This document shows, one piece after another, positions 39,101-51,547 of a DNA stretch of 64,000 nt (position 1 is its first letter; every line of letters starts with the position of its first letter). Position numbers and translations under genes: made by a program. The DNA is taken from assembly GCA_040954595.2 (NCBI GenBank), contig CM082576.2:4438760-4502759 (forward strand), given 5' to 3'. Source of the DNA: Balanoglossus misakiensis (taxonomy: Eukaryota > Animalia > Hemichordata). A model generated the notes under the pieces. That model searched no databases. It was given only the letters and a program-made list of their open reading frames with translations, and was not told the DNA's origin.

Positions 39101-42100
39101 GAAATCCTGCTTCCAAGGTTATGGAACACTTCTCAGGCTGTTTTCCCAGGATTACTGAGAAACTCACTGTCTTTGGTTATTTGGGTACGGTGAAACACTG
39201 TGTGTGGGAATTGGGTTATCTTTGTATAGTGTATAACAAACAAACCAGGTTGCACTTTGGGTCAGACTGGGACGAGGGGTCACCCACTGGCTTCCTCATC
39301 CTGTGATGAAAAATAGCTGAGCATTTAGCCTCTACTGGTTGCTGCAGTACCACATATCTGATGTGTGTTTAGTTCTGTAAACGTCTCTGTCGTATTTTTT
39401 TTTTGCCATTCATCAATCTGACATAGCTTCTGTAGATTGACAAGAGGCCAATTGATGCTGTATGTGCAGAATACCTTTGAATGGCTATGATAACCTAGCT
39501 GTTTCTCAGTCTACCACGGCCGACATGTTCGTGTTCGGGTAATCAGTAATGGTTCAACAAATTTGACATGGTTGACATAAAAATGATAACGGAACTGTAA
39601 ACCGTGATACCCATTGCAAATTTTGCCCTAACAATGTCAACAGAGGGCTTGATATTTTCATTCATTCAACCCTGGCTTCATAATCACCCATGGCCATTTT
39701 TTTGGGTTGTTTTATGATACCTACAAGACATTTCAGAATACTTTTGTTCATATCATGTTACTTTAAAAAAAATTCACAAGAGGGCCAGTTTAGCAAATGC
39801 AAGTAATTTTGACAAATTTGAGAAAAATGAATGACTTTTTTTCTGTCTCACCGGCTGTGCATTAAAATTAATTTATCACAGATCCCCATTCTAAAGTACC
39901 CTTTTTAATATGAAAATATTAAATCTACATTTGCAGTGAAATATTTGATGTGAAAAGAAGGTATTTCATTGAGGTTACCATTGCCATTGCTTTCACAAAG
40001 GAATATAAATTAGTCTGCCAGTCCTTGGAATGCAGTTTGTGTGAAATTGGATCGCGAACACTGACCTCAGCCTTTGAATATTATGTGACCTTTTGACACC
40101 GAGGCCTGCTGCTGTTAGTATTTGTGGGTTTTTTTTTTTAATTCAGACATATGATATGCAAGACATAGGAATCGCTTTCATAGTACTATGGGTTTTATTG
40201 TCTATAATAAAATTTAAATTAATTATGCCATTTGAATGGGTAACATTGCTATTTCATAATATGATATTCAGATATGAATTAAATGACTCGGATCCTATCT
40301 TGGAATCTTCACACTTAAATGTTCTTAGCATTTGACCTTTCAGTTTCTGTGTTTCCCGGAATATCAGCATTATTGACTTTCTCTGGAGCAAAACAAAACT
40401 GGAATCGGCAGTTTGATCTCTGCTGATATATGGAGCACTTTTTGTATCGCAGTAAAGACATGTTGTGGTGTGCATACCGATCTCGTCACATTCCCTGGTT
40501 CTTTAAATGGCAGTATTCAGATATCCCATCATGTATGCTGATTGTCTTATAGCTGTAAATAAAAGATAAATGAAAGCAGGTGTTTTAGCACGAAATAATT
40601 GCTTTTGCTCTTGTTCTTTAATGACTTAAAAGCAGACGCTTCGTTTAGACATGTTTTGCAAGCGTAATTAATACCTCATGAAGCAATGGGAAATTGTATG
40701 TATGTATGAATGTCATGTAAGTATGTATGTATGTATTTCATGTAAGTATGTGTGTGTGTGTGTGTGCGTGCGTGCAAAAGGCCAAGCTGTTCAAAGTGAT
40801 GAGAACCTGTCGGCTGTTCTCCAATTGACCAAATAGGATTCATTCTTTTATCAGCCTTGCAGAATTGCTAAATTGCTCACTGGCAAATTGTTTACTCTGT
40901 AAGTGCCTTCATCCATTGTCAAAAAAAGATGTCAGTGAGTAAATTAAACTGCTTGCTGCTGCTAGCAGTTGGCCGATTCAGAATCCAATTATGCCGTGAA
41001 TAGGACAGGTGCAATAACAGCATATTGCCTCAATTCAGTTATCCTGTTTCATATTAGATCCACTTTTGGTTAACAGAATTTGTGGGTAATGAGATTTCCC
41101 TGTTTGATAGTGATGGTGCCACTCCCTTATGGTTAAATTCCTCTTTCACGAAAATGACAATTTTATCATAAACTGCATGAATTTAAAATAAAAGATGAAA
41201 TGATTTTTTTTTTGCAGATGAACTCAGTGAAGCCAGAAGTGGTTGCACCCCATCTTTACAGGTCAACATGGCATTGCTTTGCATCTATAGTGAAGGAAGA
41301 AGGGGTAGGTGTTTTAATTTCTATGTGAGATGGCCAGGTAATATGCAATCCACTATGGCATCATTATCTTGTAGTGTAGGAGTTACCCACACAAATCAAG
41401 CTTCAGTCACATTTACACCGTATTTGTCTTTTCTCCAAATTACTGCTTTTCCCCCATCATTTATTCTGCTGCATGGTTGGTTCTTCTTGCAGGTGCTTGG
41501 TCTCTACAAAGGTCTGGCATCCCCGCTGGCGGGGCTGGCGTTTATCAACGCCATCATATTTGGAGTCCAAGCTAACGTGATGAGACTGGTAAGCGATGAC
41601 AGTACGTGTATACGCAGTCACATGATAGCCGGAGCTTCGGCCGGTGCTGTCCAGTGCCTTGTTGCCTGCCCGATGGAGCTGGCTAAAGTGCGCATGCAAC
41701 TGCAAGGTAAAGGGGAGAGTCACACGTATTACAGGACCCATCCGCACTCCTACAGGAATTCCTTTGATTGCATCTACAAGATTTTCAAACAAGAGGGGCT
41801 GCGCGGTTGCTACCGGGGGATGAATTCGACGCTAATCCGAGACGTGCCGGGTTTCACCATTTACTTCGGCATGTTCGAGTTCCTGTGCTCCTGCTTCCAG
41901 GCGCGAAAGCCCGGAAAAGAGCTGGGGCTGCTGGATCTGGTCCTGGCTGGCGGGCTCTGTGGCACCTGCTCCTGGATAGTCTCCCACCCCATGGACGTCA
42001 TCAAGTCCCGGCTGCAGGCCGATGGCATCGGTGGGAAATCCAAGTTCCGGGGGTCTCTCCACTGCATCCGCACCAGTGTAGCCACGGAGGGCATCACATT

Positions 42101-42215
42101 CTTCCTCAACGGCCTGGCTGCCAACCTGCTCCGAGCCTTCCCAGTGAATGCTGCCACCTTCACAGTGTACGTGTATTTCATGCGATACTGCCGCCAAAAA
42201 TGCACACAGAACTAA
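36173..42215 (+). CDS. SLC25A29-like mitochondrial basic amino acid carrier, paralog A, about 351 aa
   Basis: Three carrier signatures: PFDTVKVRLQ, PMELAKVRMQ, PMDVIKSRLQ. Exons 36173-36266, 37076-37119, 38631-38738, 41218-41304, 41493-42215 (1056 nt, in frame). Confidence 0.85.
40696..40775 (+). repeat. Compound (TATG)n/(TG)n microsatellite
   Basis: gtatgtatgtatg...gtgtgtgtgtgtgtgtgcgtgcgtgc in intron 3 of paralog A. Confidence 0.75.
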
Positions 42216-44540
42216 GAACTGTGCACACTCAATCGTTCTGTCAGAACCAGCTCATGTTCTCCCAGATTTGGAAGTCTGGAAAAAATGAGTACAAATTGGA
42301 AAAAAGAGGACTTTTGAAATGCTAACCAGCCAAACTGTCAAACCTAAAAAACTAAAACATAGATAATACTGAAAGAAAATCTTGTACTGCCACAGTACTA
42401 AAAATGTATATAGTACACTAGCTGTCAGACAGCCAAATACGTGTATCTATTGATATCTATTTCATTTGCGATGTATATGTTGGTTTATAGCAGCTGCCAT
42501 TTCATTCATGTGCTTGATTTGTGCATTTGTTTTTGTTTCCTGTATTGTTTTTGTATATCCTCCAATTGTTTCAGTTATTCTCACCCAAGTGGAAACTGCT
42601 TCCTTGCAATGTATTTTGTGTGCGCAGGATAGGTGTCTATGTGTACACCAAACGTGTATCTTGTATAGGAAGGCTAAAATATGGGCTAAGTAAGTCAAAA
42701 TTATGTAAGATCAGTTACTGATCAAAAATTCTTTTCTTTAGTTGTGGATGTTTTTATTACATGTTAAAACATGGTAAAATTGTTTAATAGTACTCTTTCA
42801 GGTTTATGAAAGCTATACCAAGGTCATAATTGAACTGACCTGGAAAGGGGTTGGGGTGCAGAAATTTTGTGTTTCCGGGAAATTATTATTTTTGTAAGAC
42901 TACAATAAGTCAAACATTGCTGTTTTTTCCTCAGAAATGTGATATATTCTCTTTTCCCTTTGAGAAAATAATCCAAAGGAATCCTTGTGTCTTCCAGGCA
43001 TACAGCTGCCATTAGTTTAACATGTGTAGTGAAGTTTACAAAATATGTTTACACCACAGGGAAGTGCCTATAGATTTTCCTTGGTTCCGTGGGAGTTTTC
43101 AGTATTAATACATAAAAGACTCCGGGATGAACCAGTACAGAACTTGTACATATTGTAATGTCGCGCTTGCTAGTAGATGAAAAAAGCAAAGCCTTTGAAC
43201 CTGCCTTGGTGTAGTTTTCTGATCACATGTTCAGTAATGGATATTTTGTGGCACTGAAATGTAGATAACAATAGTAACTTTATTATTGTTAATTTTTTCA
43301 CATTGTTTATATGTTCCAAGGGCTCATGCCACTTCCTTTAATTGTTGCTGCACATATATTTGTCAGTCAGTTATACTCATTTCCTAGGTACAAAATTATG
43401 ATATTGTATTGTAAAAAATATATATTGTTTTTTTTTATGTTGTCAAACAGGAGCTCAAAGCAACCTAATCTTGAAGGGGATGTTTTAAAAACATCATGAG
43501 GTAAATTGTCTGATATGTAATCATAGACCTTGGAGTGAAGGAAATATGAGACTAGGGAGAAATTGACAATTCTGGAGCAGGCATCTCTGATTTCATGATG
43601 ATTGTCTTTGTAACCATCACCAATGCCACCTCAAATTGATTGTATTACGTTTTGACTCATTAGCTGACCATGTGAAAATTAATCAACGGCTGCTGGGAAC
43701 AGCACATGCATTGACTTATGTGCTTCTAAGTCGACTGCAGTGTCTGTGCTGTGACCCCCAAACGCCAAGGTCTGGTGATATAGTCTGCTTTCTGGTCATT
43801 TTCTGTGTGTCACTGGCTATGCGAAAATGATCTGTTTGATGTTGGGCAAGCTTGCTAATTGTGAACAGGATTATTAAAATTAGATTAATGAACTATTAAT
43901 GAATTTACACACAGGTGATAATACAATGTATCAGGAATGCAACATAAACACAAAGGAAATGTCATAGTTTCATATCCGTGTACACTCCAGGATCTCAAAG
44001 CTTTTAGTTCCTGTGGGACCATTATCTTAATCACCCCACTGTAATCATTATGTGATTATGCATACTAAGAGAGTACTGAGTACTCACATCTCTACTGTGA
44101 GAGTTTGTAAATCAGAGTACTGGCACCAGCTGAAAATGTCTGAATTATTTAAATTCATAAAATGTATATTTCTTACAAATGTATGTATTATCTTTGCTGC
44201 TTGACTGTTGTATGTAGGTACCATTTGTGTATGTTGTTTCCATGATAGGAACTGGATGTTTCATTCGGAAACCATAATGTCATTAATTTCTTTGTGTCAG
44301 TTTTATTTTTAACCTTCTTCCAGATAATGTGCCTTTACATGTTATTGGTATTACACAAAGAAATTGTAGTCAATTTTTGTTTTTCATGTACATTTTGAAT
44401 GTGTCTTTGTCCTCAAGGGATAGGAGACCACAAGTATCCTTCCACCTAGCTGTGAAGTAATTGTCAATTGCCTGTAATGTAAAAGCAAACTTGCTGGGTT
44501 GCTATGGTTGCATACAGCCCACAGAGACTGTAGACAAGGA

Positions 44541-44606
44541 AATCTGTCGCTTGAGGGCGCTCCCTGTACTCACCCCATCTGGAGGAGCGCCCTCAAGTGA
44601 CGGATT
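44541..44606 (+). other. 23 bp stem-loop with TTGAGGGCGCTC arm, downstream of SLC25A29-like A
   Basis: AATCTGTCGCTTGAGGGCGCTCC / GGAGCGCCCTCAAGTGACGGATT with a 20 nt loop; the only two deviations are G-U wobbles on the + strand. Confidence 0.7.
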
Positions 44607-44752
44607 AGGCTGCTGCTCTGACAAATTTGCCATGAAGTGGTACTGAATTAAAATAAATCATTATATATACAGAAGTACGTGAGAAGCTATTAGATCAAGT
44701 TAGCATCATGTTGACTCTCATTCTAAAATTTATACCATTTCACTATGCTGGG

Positions 44753-45212
44753 TAGTCTCGGTTACCCAGACGCCTTTGCTTCTTCCGATGCTCTCCAGAA
44801 AAAGGGTCTGGGGAAATGCTATTGAAAGCTTTGTAAAACAAAATGGCCGATGTCAGGATTTTGATCATCGCCTGATTGGCTGAGCTGTCAGTATGACCCG
44901 GGTCATTGCAATAGTTTCGACAATCGTCTACAAAAGATATTTCATATAATTTCTCCAACAATGCTAACAGAGGACGCATTTTGCCATTCGCATCAACCAA
45001 CAAGTACCGGTCTCTTGATATGAAGATACGACAAATAATCACACATTGTCGAGAGTCAGTGACCCGGGTCATACTGACAGCTCAGCCAATCAGGCGATGA
45101 TCAAAATCCTGACATCGGCCATTTTGTTTTACAAAGCTTTCAATAGCATTTCCCCAGACCCTTTTTCTGGAGAGCATCGGAAGAAGCAAAGGCGTCTGGG
45201 TAACCGAGACTA
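44753..45212. mobile_element. Non-autonomous foldback DNA transposon (MITE), 460 bp
   Basis: Identical 153 bp terminal inverted repeats at 44753-44905 and 45060-45212 (TAGTCTCGGTTACCCAGACG...). Perfect 9 bp direct repeat TATGCTGGG at 44744-44752 and 45213-45221. No transposase ORF. Confidence 0.92.
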
Positions 45213-46640
45213 TATGCTGGGTTGTTTCTCAAGCATAAACAAATGTTGATCTGATTGTGTGGCAATGAATTCTGGGTATATTACCTAAATATCTTCAGAT
45301 ATACGGTACATATAATTTTTTTTTTTTTTTTTTTGGGGGGGGGGGTAGTTCTTGTAGTCAAGACAGTGTTCTTCATTATTTAAAACCCAATTCTGCTTGT
45401 ATTAAAGTTTGTATTGTTGCATTCTTGCCAAGAAAAGTATTTAGATATGAAGGGTATATCTACTCTCAGCTTATATGTTAAATAATATTTGAAGAAATAG
45501 TTCGTAAAACATGATCAGCTGCTTGTAAAGCCATGAGATAGCTGGGATAAAGTTGAGACTTTTATCAGTTGCTTTATAAATCTATATGTATATTCCAATA
45601 GAGTAGGCATAAGTTTTAATTTTGTAAAAGAAATATATTTTATCAGTTATGAACTTTGTGATGATTTAGTTTTCACAACATGTGAATTAAAACATAACTG
45701 TAGGTGTTGCTCTTGTGTGCTGTTAATTTCAGTACTACTGCTGTTGGACAGTTAGTTTCTATTCTTAGTTGCTAAAAAATATTACTCCTGTGAAGATATC
45801 TTGTGTTGTAAATTGTTTTTCTGTGATCGAAAATCAGTTGGTTTCATTTCAGGAATTAAAATGGTGAAATTGTAATTTCATTCTTGAGTTTTACTCACGC
45901 GTCATTGTGTACATAATGATTGAATATTGATATACTAATAGCTGAGTAATTTTTCTTTCATAGTATCATGAACGAGTATCCATGGTATCACGTATGTACG
46001 GCGAGTATCTGACAAAACGCGAGTATCTGACAAAAATGACAAATTACTGCATGTAACCCTACCCTTTTGCGGAAAGTAATCCCCAACACAACTTGATACT
46101 TCGCCTGTCAAAACACGAATGAAATTGATTTACAAAATCACAGAATACACGTACATACATGTTTTTCCATGGATCTGCCAACGAAAAGCGCCACCACCGA
46201 CCTTTAGGCGCAATATTACTGCGCAATATTTCAGCGAAGGTCACGGGTTACATGCATTCAGTTGTACGCGAGACCGGGTACGAGACACGTTGAAATGTAC
46301 ATGGATGTCGTGTTGCCGAATTTCATCCGAGAATATTAAGACGGTCTTGCGCTGTTTAATCTCTGCGTTTTTATAGGAACAAATCCAAGTACTTGTGCAC
46401 ATTGTGGAGTTGCCGCCAGACTGTACGCAATTAGATTAGAGACGTAACACAACTGGAATAATTAGATCGCAGCTAGTTGCTGGTTGTGAATCGATCGAAT
46501 GTGACCGATCGTCGCGTCGCGGTCGCCGGTAATTTAGTTCGTAAACAAACGAGGCTTTGTTATAATTGTAAATCGAACTACAGCTAAACTCAGTTGTAAC
46601 CCAAAGTTACGAACATCGTGATTTACAAGAGCCCCGTGGA

Positions 46641-49600
46641 ATGGCTCTGGATTTCTTTGGGGGTTGCCTTGGCGGTAAGTGCGAGACATTATACACTGTA
46701 ACATTTGTGCAGTCATATGCAACTACGTAAACTAGATGTGAGACGTGTCGACAATTATTTATTTACATTATACAATGATCCAGTAATATTGGCGATATTA
46801 TTAGTCGGTTAGAAATCTTTCAGTGGTAAATTTGCCCACGCCATGCAAAAGTACACGGTGCAGTGCAGTGTACTGTACACGTTGCGTTGGCGTCTGTAAT
46901 TTATGACTCCATACTGTTGCTGTTTCAAGTTTGTGCTTACTTGCAAGTTTGTTTATCTGAAATACGTTGTGGTGGCGAGATATGTACACTGCGCTTTGAA
47001 TGTTACAAACGTCATTCTTGGTTGCGTATTGTCAGATTTTATTTCACACGTGAGGCGGCGAGTGTGACCGAGGATGTGTAAACAACAGATAGTGCGTCAC
47101 AGCACTATAGCTTGGTAAATGCCCCAAGTCACCCCATACTATGCCAGGCTTCGTGTACATCAATAGTCGATTCAGCCATGCCACTGCCCACTGTGCAGCC
47201 CCCGATCTTCGACCAATCAATTCCTTTCTTTTGAGCCACACCCCTTTGTCTCCCTCCGGTTATTCAAGTTGCGTCACCGCTTTGTTTACACCGGTACTTC
47301 AGATTTCTGGAATCAAATCTATCAATTGCTTCCTTTCTGGCTAGCCAGTGTGGGAGTCCAATACCAGGAAAACAATACGGATATGAGACAGAATGTCCAA
47401 TGCCATCACTAGCATAATATTGGCAAAAATAACAATGAGGATCCATGCCATTAGTTTTGTGTGGTTAACTATAGTGTGCACAGGTAGTGACATAGAATGG
47501 GGCCATGGGGAAAACCATGAAAGTTTCAAAGTTGATGACATTTGACCAAATGATACCAACTGTGGATCTCAGTGTGAACAACATACTGTGTATTCTCATT
47601 ATTAAAAATAACCAGAAATAAAACATATTGGTCAATGCTATTTTAATAGCATGCCTATGTTGTCAGGGGTATGTAGATATCATATATATTGAAATGAATC
47701 CTTATGATGGTTAGGGTACTGTGATTATCAGGTATATGGTATTGATTAGTTGTTTTGCGAACTCATCAAAGGTCTTTTTTGTTTGTTATACAGGCATTGC
47801 AGGTGTTGTTGTTGGCCATCCCTTTGATACAGTCAAAGTAAGTATTTATGTAACATCATGGTACGAAAAAACTTGATGACGTCTCTCTGACGTTTGTGCA
47901 TTCCTATGTAAAAGTGATTTTGTTTGTTATTACCATCGCATGACTTCGGTGTCTGCTGATGTCAGCATGCGACTCTTGCTTGTGGGCTGGGACTATTTTT
48001 AAGTGTCTGCTGTTATGGGCATGTGACGCTTCTAGATTAGAACTATTATTAGAGAAGGTTAGATCTGAATCAGATAGTCTGTGGGCCAAAGATATCGACA
48101 ACTGAAAAGGTGGGACATTGTTTAGTCTTTCGTTGTACGTGACTGGATGCCCTGTGGGTGAATAGGGGGATGGGGTAGAGGAAATGTAGATAAGTGGGAC
48201 AGGGATGTACAGAGCCACCAAGATATTATTTGATTGAATTAATCAGCATGTGGTCTACAATCCAACCAGGTGTTTTTCAGGGTTCAGCTGGGCCATATCA
48301 CAGGCTTAAAAACACCTGGCTGGATTCAGGCCCATAACCAGATGATATAGGTGAACCACAGAGAGATGTCTCTGCTCCCTCTAAATACACTGATAACCAG
48401 GTCACCAGAATCATCAACCTAGCCTTGGTACTGTCATAAAAAATCCATTACCACCATTACCAAAAAAAAAAAAAAAATTGATCCAAATCTCAGTGGCCTA
48501 TTTTCAGTGTCAGTGATAACATATACTAGTATACAAGTTCTTCTCGAAATTAAAGTGTTGGTATGGATTGTCCATTTTGAATGAATTTCTGTTTTGTGAA
48601 GAATTTTATAAAACATATTTAAAAGGTACATGTACATGTATATTGTCATCTATGCAAATTTTGCCACAGTGACCATGGGAAGTTAGGATCTAGCCAATCA
48701 CAGATTTTTTGCCACTGTGGGATATTCCATAAAAAGGTTGGCAACACGTGGTCATCGGACAACTGAAAGTTTAACCATATATGGAAAAAGTAAAATAGAG
48801 ATAATTATATATTGGTGTCAAGTATTAAAATTTTTGACTTTTTATTGCTTGTATGTTGGGTGTTGATAACATTGTTCCAAAAGCTTGTATTGATAACTGT
48901 CTTTCAATGAGACCCAGTGTAAACACTTCATGATACACTGATAAGATTATGATATTGGGTCATGACACAGTCTCTACAACATAGCTGTACTGACTATAAG
49001 ACATCGAAACAAAAATAATACATGTAGAAAGTATGCCCAGGCTGTTTTGCCTGTCTGTTTGAAAGGAAAGATACCTTACTGTTCAAGTTTTGCTGGTATA
49101 TGAACTGGTCTCAAAGTGTATTTCTGTAACTAATGTGTATAATTTTGGCACCAGCTATTGTTATTAAATTATTTTACAGCTGCAGATACATGTATCAGCT
49201 TACACATGTAGATTCTGTGAAAATGTGCTTATATGAAGTCCTCACTGTCGTGATATTAGAATTTAAAAATGAAACGTACAGTATATGGGGTAATGATCAC
49301 TCAGCTGTGCAGTGTTTATTTTCTGCAGTTTACCACACTGTATGTTCTATGAACCAAACATGTAGTCATGTCGCAGGCAGATGTTTGGAATGACTTGGGT
49401 GTGTTTTTGTCAGCAACACAAAAATAGCTGCTGATAAATCGTGATTTACAAGCGCACAACAATGTGAACTACAGGAGTGGGTGACCCTCATTCTTCATCA
49501 TCTGCATGCCAATGTCTGTAGAGAACATGAGAAACCGTCCATTGTGTTAACGTCCACACTTCAATTCTAACACTTTTAATACTGAAAATTTATTACAAAT

Positions 49601-51460
49601 ATATCTGTTTCAGGGCTACCAAAAACTCTATTCTTGAGCAACACGGTCTGAAAGCAACATTGTAGAACACAAAACATGAACAACACAGTTCAACCAAAGT
49701 ACAATCACAAAAAGTGCCCAGTTTAGTTGGAAATGGGATAGTTTGAAACAAAGTGTTTGGTTTACTGGTAAATCTGTCAGTTTGTTTACTAGTCCAAGAC
49801 AAAGAAAGGGGAAAAAAAGGAAGAAGATGGTTAAAAGGGTTTTATGGGTTAGAACAATCAACACAAGATGGAGAGTGGTATAAAGTTGTGTTATAAATTC
49901 CTTTCTCTTTCAAAACAATGGGGAAAAAAGGGAAGAAGATGAAAAAAAGAGGTTTTATAGGTTAGAACAATCAGCACAAGATGGAGAGTGAAATAAACGT
50001 ATAAAATACAGTTGTCTCATAATTATTTTCTTTCTTTCAGGTACGTTTGCAGACTCAACCTTCCGGTAGGATAATTTACAATGGAACATTTCATTGTTTT
50101 GCATCCATCATTAAAAAGGAGTCTGTAAGTGTTGTTTTTTTCCCCTCATCAGATTTATGGTCAGCCAGTAAAAATTGGGTGTGGCTGTATATATCTGATA
50201 ATCAGATAAAGTTAGATACTGATAAACTGTTCTCCCAAAATTTTCAATGAATTTAACTTGCACAGCATTGGAAAAATCTCAAATAAGCGTCAATCGAATT
50301 TGGCTGAATGTGGGTATCAGAAAATTGGGCTGACCAGTGTATCAATTCATCCATCTGTCTGTCTGTGTAAGCATATGGAAGCTTATTACTCAAACATGCT
50401 GCATCAAATTTGCAATACTCCTGACCTTTTAGAAACTATTTTTGTTGATGATTTGTAAATCCCCAGATCTTTTACTTTGACAAAGTATTGGAAAAGGTCT
50501 TGATGAGTCATCATTTGAGATTTGATTTGAGATTTGATGATTACAGTGCTTGACACAAGTGACTGCTCCATGTGTATAATAAGTACGGTCTTCAGTGACA
50601 GCCAATGTACTTATTGAAATTCAGATCATTGTGGACAGCTGGCATTTATTGCCCAGGACAGTTAATCATGTTTTTTTTGTGTGTGAAATAATCATGTTTC
50701 TGTTAACACGCAGGTGTTTGGTCTGTACAAGGGGATGGCATCGCCACTTGTAGGCCTGACGTTCATCAATGCAATCGTGTTTGGTGTCCAGGGCAACGTC
50801 CTCAGGAAGTTTGAAAATCCAACCATATTCAGTAATTTTATGGCGGGGGCAGTCGCCGGCGGTGTGCAGTGCATCATCTGTTGCCCCATGGAGTTGGCGA
50901 AGACCAGGGTGCAGATTCAGGGCCAGGGCGAGAGCCGAAGGTCCTACTCGGCATCGAGGCATGAATACAAAGGCTCCATTGACTGCATCAGGAAGATTTA
51001 CAAGGTGGAGGGGATCCGGGGCTGCTACAGGGGGATGGCGACCACTTTGCTTCGAGAAGTTCCGGGCTTCGGGGTCTACTTTGCGGCGTACGAAGTCTTC
51101 TGCTCCACACTGGAGAAGCGCCACCCGGGCCAACACATAGGACTGGGGGAACTTCTGGTGGCAGGTGGCCTAAGCGGCATGTGCTCGTGGATGTCCACCT
51201 ACCCGGTGGACGTCATCAAGTCGCGCATCCAGGCCGACGGCATGGAAGGGACGCACAAGTACAAGGGCACCATTGACTGCATCATCAAGAGTTACAATGA
51301 ACCGGACAGCAGAGGTGTCCGCGTCTTTTTCCGTGGACTGAATTCAACGCTGTTGAGGGCATTCCCGGTGAATGCGGCCACATTTACAGTCGTCACGCTG
51401 TTTCTCAGGTACACCAGGAAGAGTGAACCGAGAACAGTCGATGACAAATTACTAGCATAA
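46641..51460 (+). CDS. SLC25A29: Mitochondrial basic amino acid carrier SLC25A29 ortholog candidate, paralog B, about 302 aa
   Basis: MALDFFGGCLGG start, GHPFDTVKVRLQ, SPLVGLTFINAIVFGVQGN, CCPMELAKTR, LLREVP, TYPVDVIKSR, LLRAFPVNAATF. Exons 46641-46674, 47794-47837, 50041-50124, 50714-51460 (909 nt). Confidence 0.88.
48259..48326. repeat. 19 bp inverted repeat with 30 nt spacer (intron 2 of paralog B)
   Basis: AATCCAACCAGGTGTTTTT ... AAAAACACCTGGCTGGATT, one mismatch. Confidence 0.65.
49806..49990 (+). repeat. Two-copy direct repeat of about 70 bp in intron 2 of paralog B
   Basis: GGAAGAAGATG...GGTTAGAACAATCARCACAAGATGGAGAGTG at about 49806-49877 and 49919-49990. Confidence 0.75.
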
Positions 51461-51494
51461 AGTTCCAATCCAAAAAATTTCATGAAACTGAATA

Positions 51495-51547
51495 TGTCAC
51501 TTGAGGGCGCTCTCCATTTCTGACATGGAGAGCGCCCTCAATGGACA
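51495..51547 (+). other. Stem-loop with TTGAGGGCGCTC arm in the proximal 3' UTR of paralog B
   Basis: 17 bp perfect stem TTGAGGGCGCTCTCCAT / ATGGAGAGCGCCCTCAA (51501-51541), 7 nt loop, with a TGTC/GACA extension. Confidence 0.7.

Noticed and set aside
44743-45249. Two ORFs (109 aa on -, 67 aa on +) sharing an identical peptide
   Set aside because: They are an artefact of translating the two arms of the MITE inverted repeat, with no recognisable domain.
46001-46035. 17 bp direct repeat GCGAGTATCTGACAAAA x2
   Set aside because: It is a simple local duplication with only two units and no spacer array, so it is not CRISPR-like.
48775-48784. Isolated perfect CArG box in an intron of SLC25A29 paralog B
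   Set aside because: A single site in AT-rich DNA is expected by chance.
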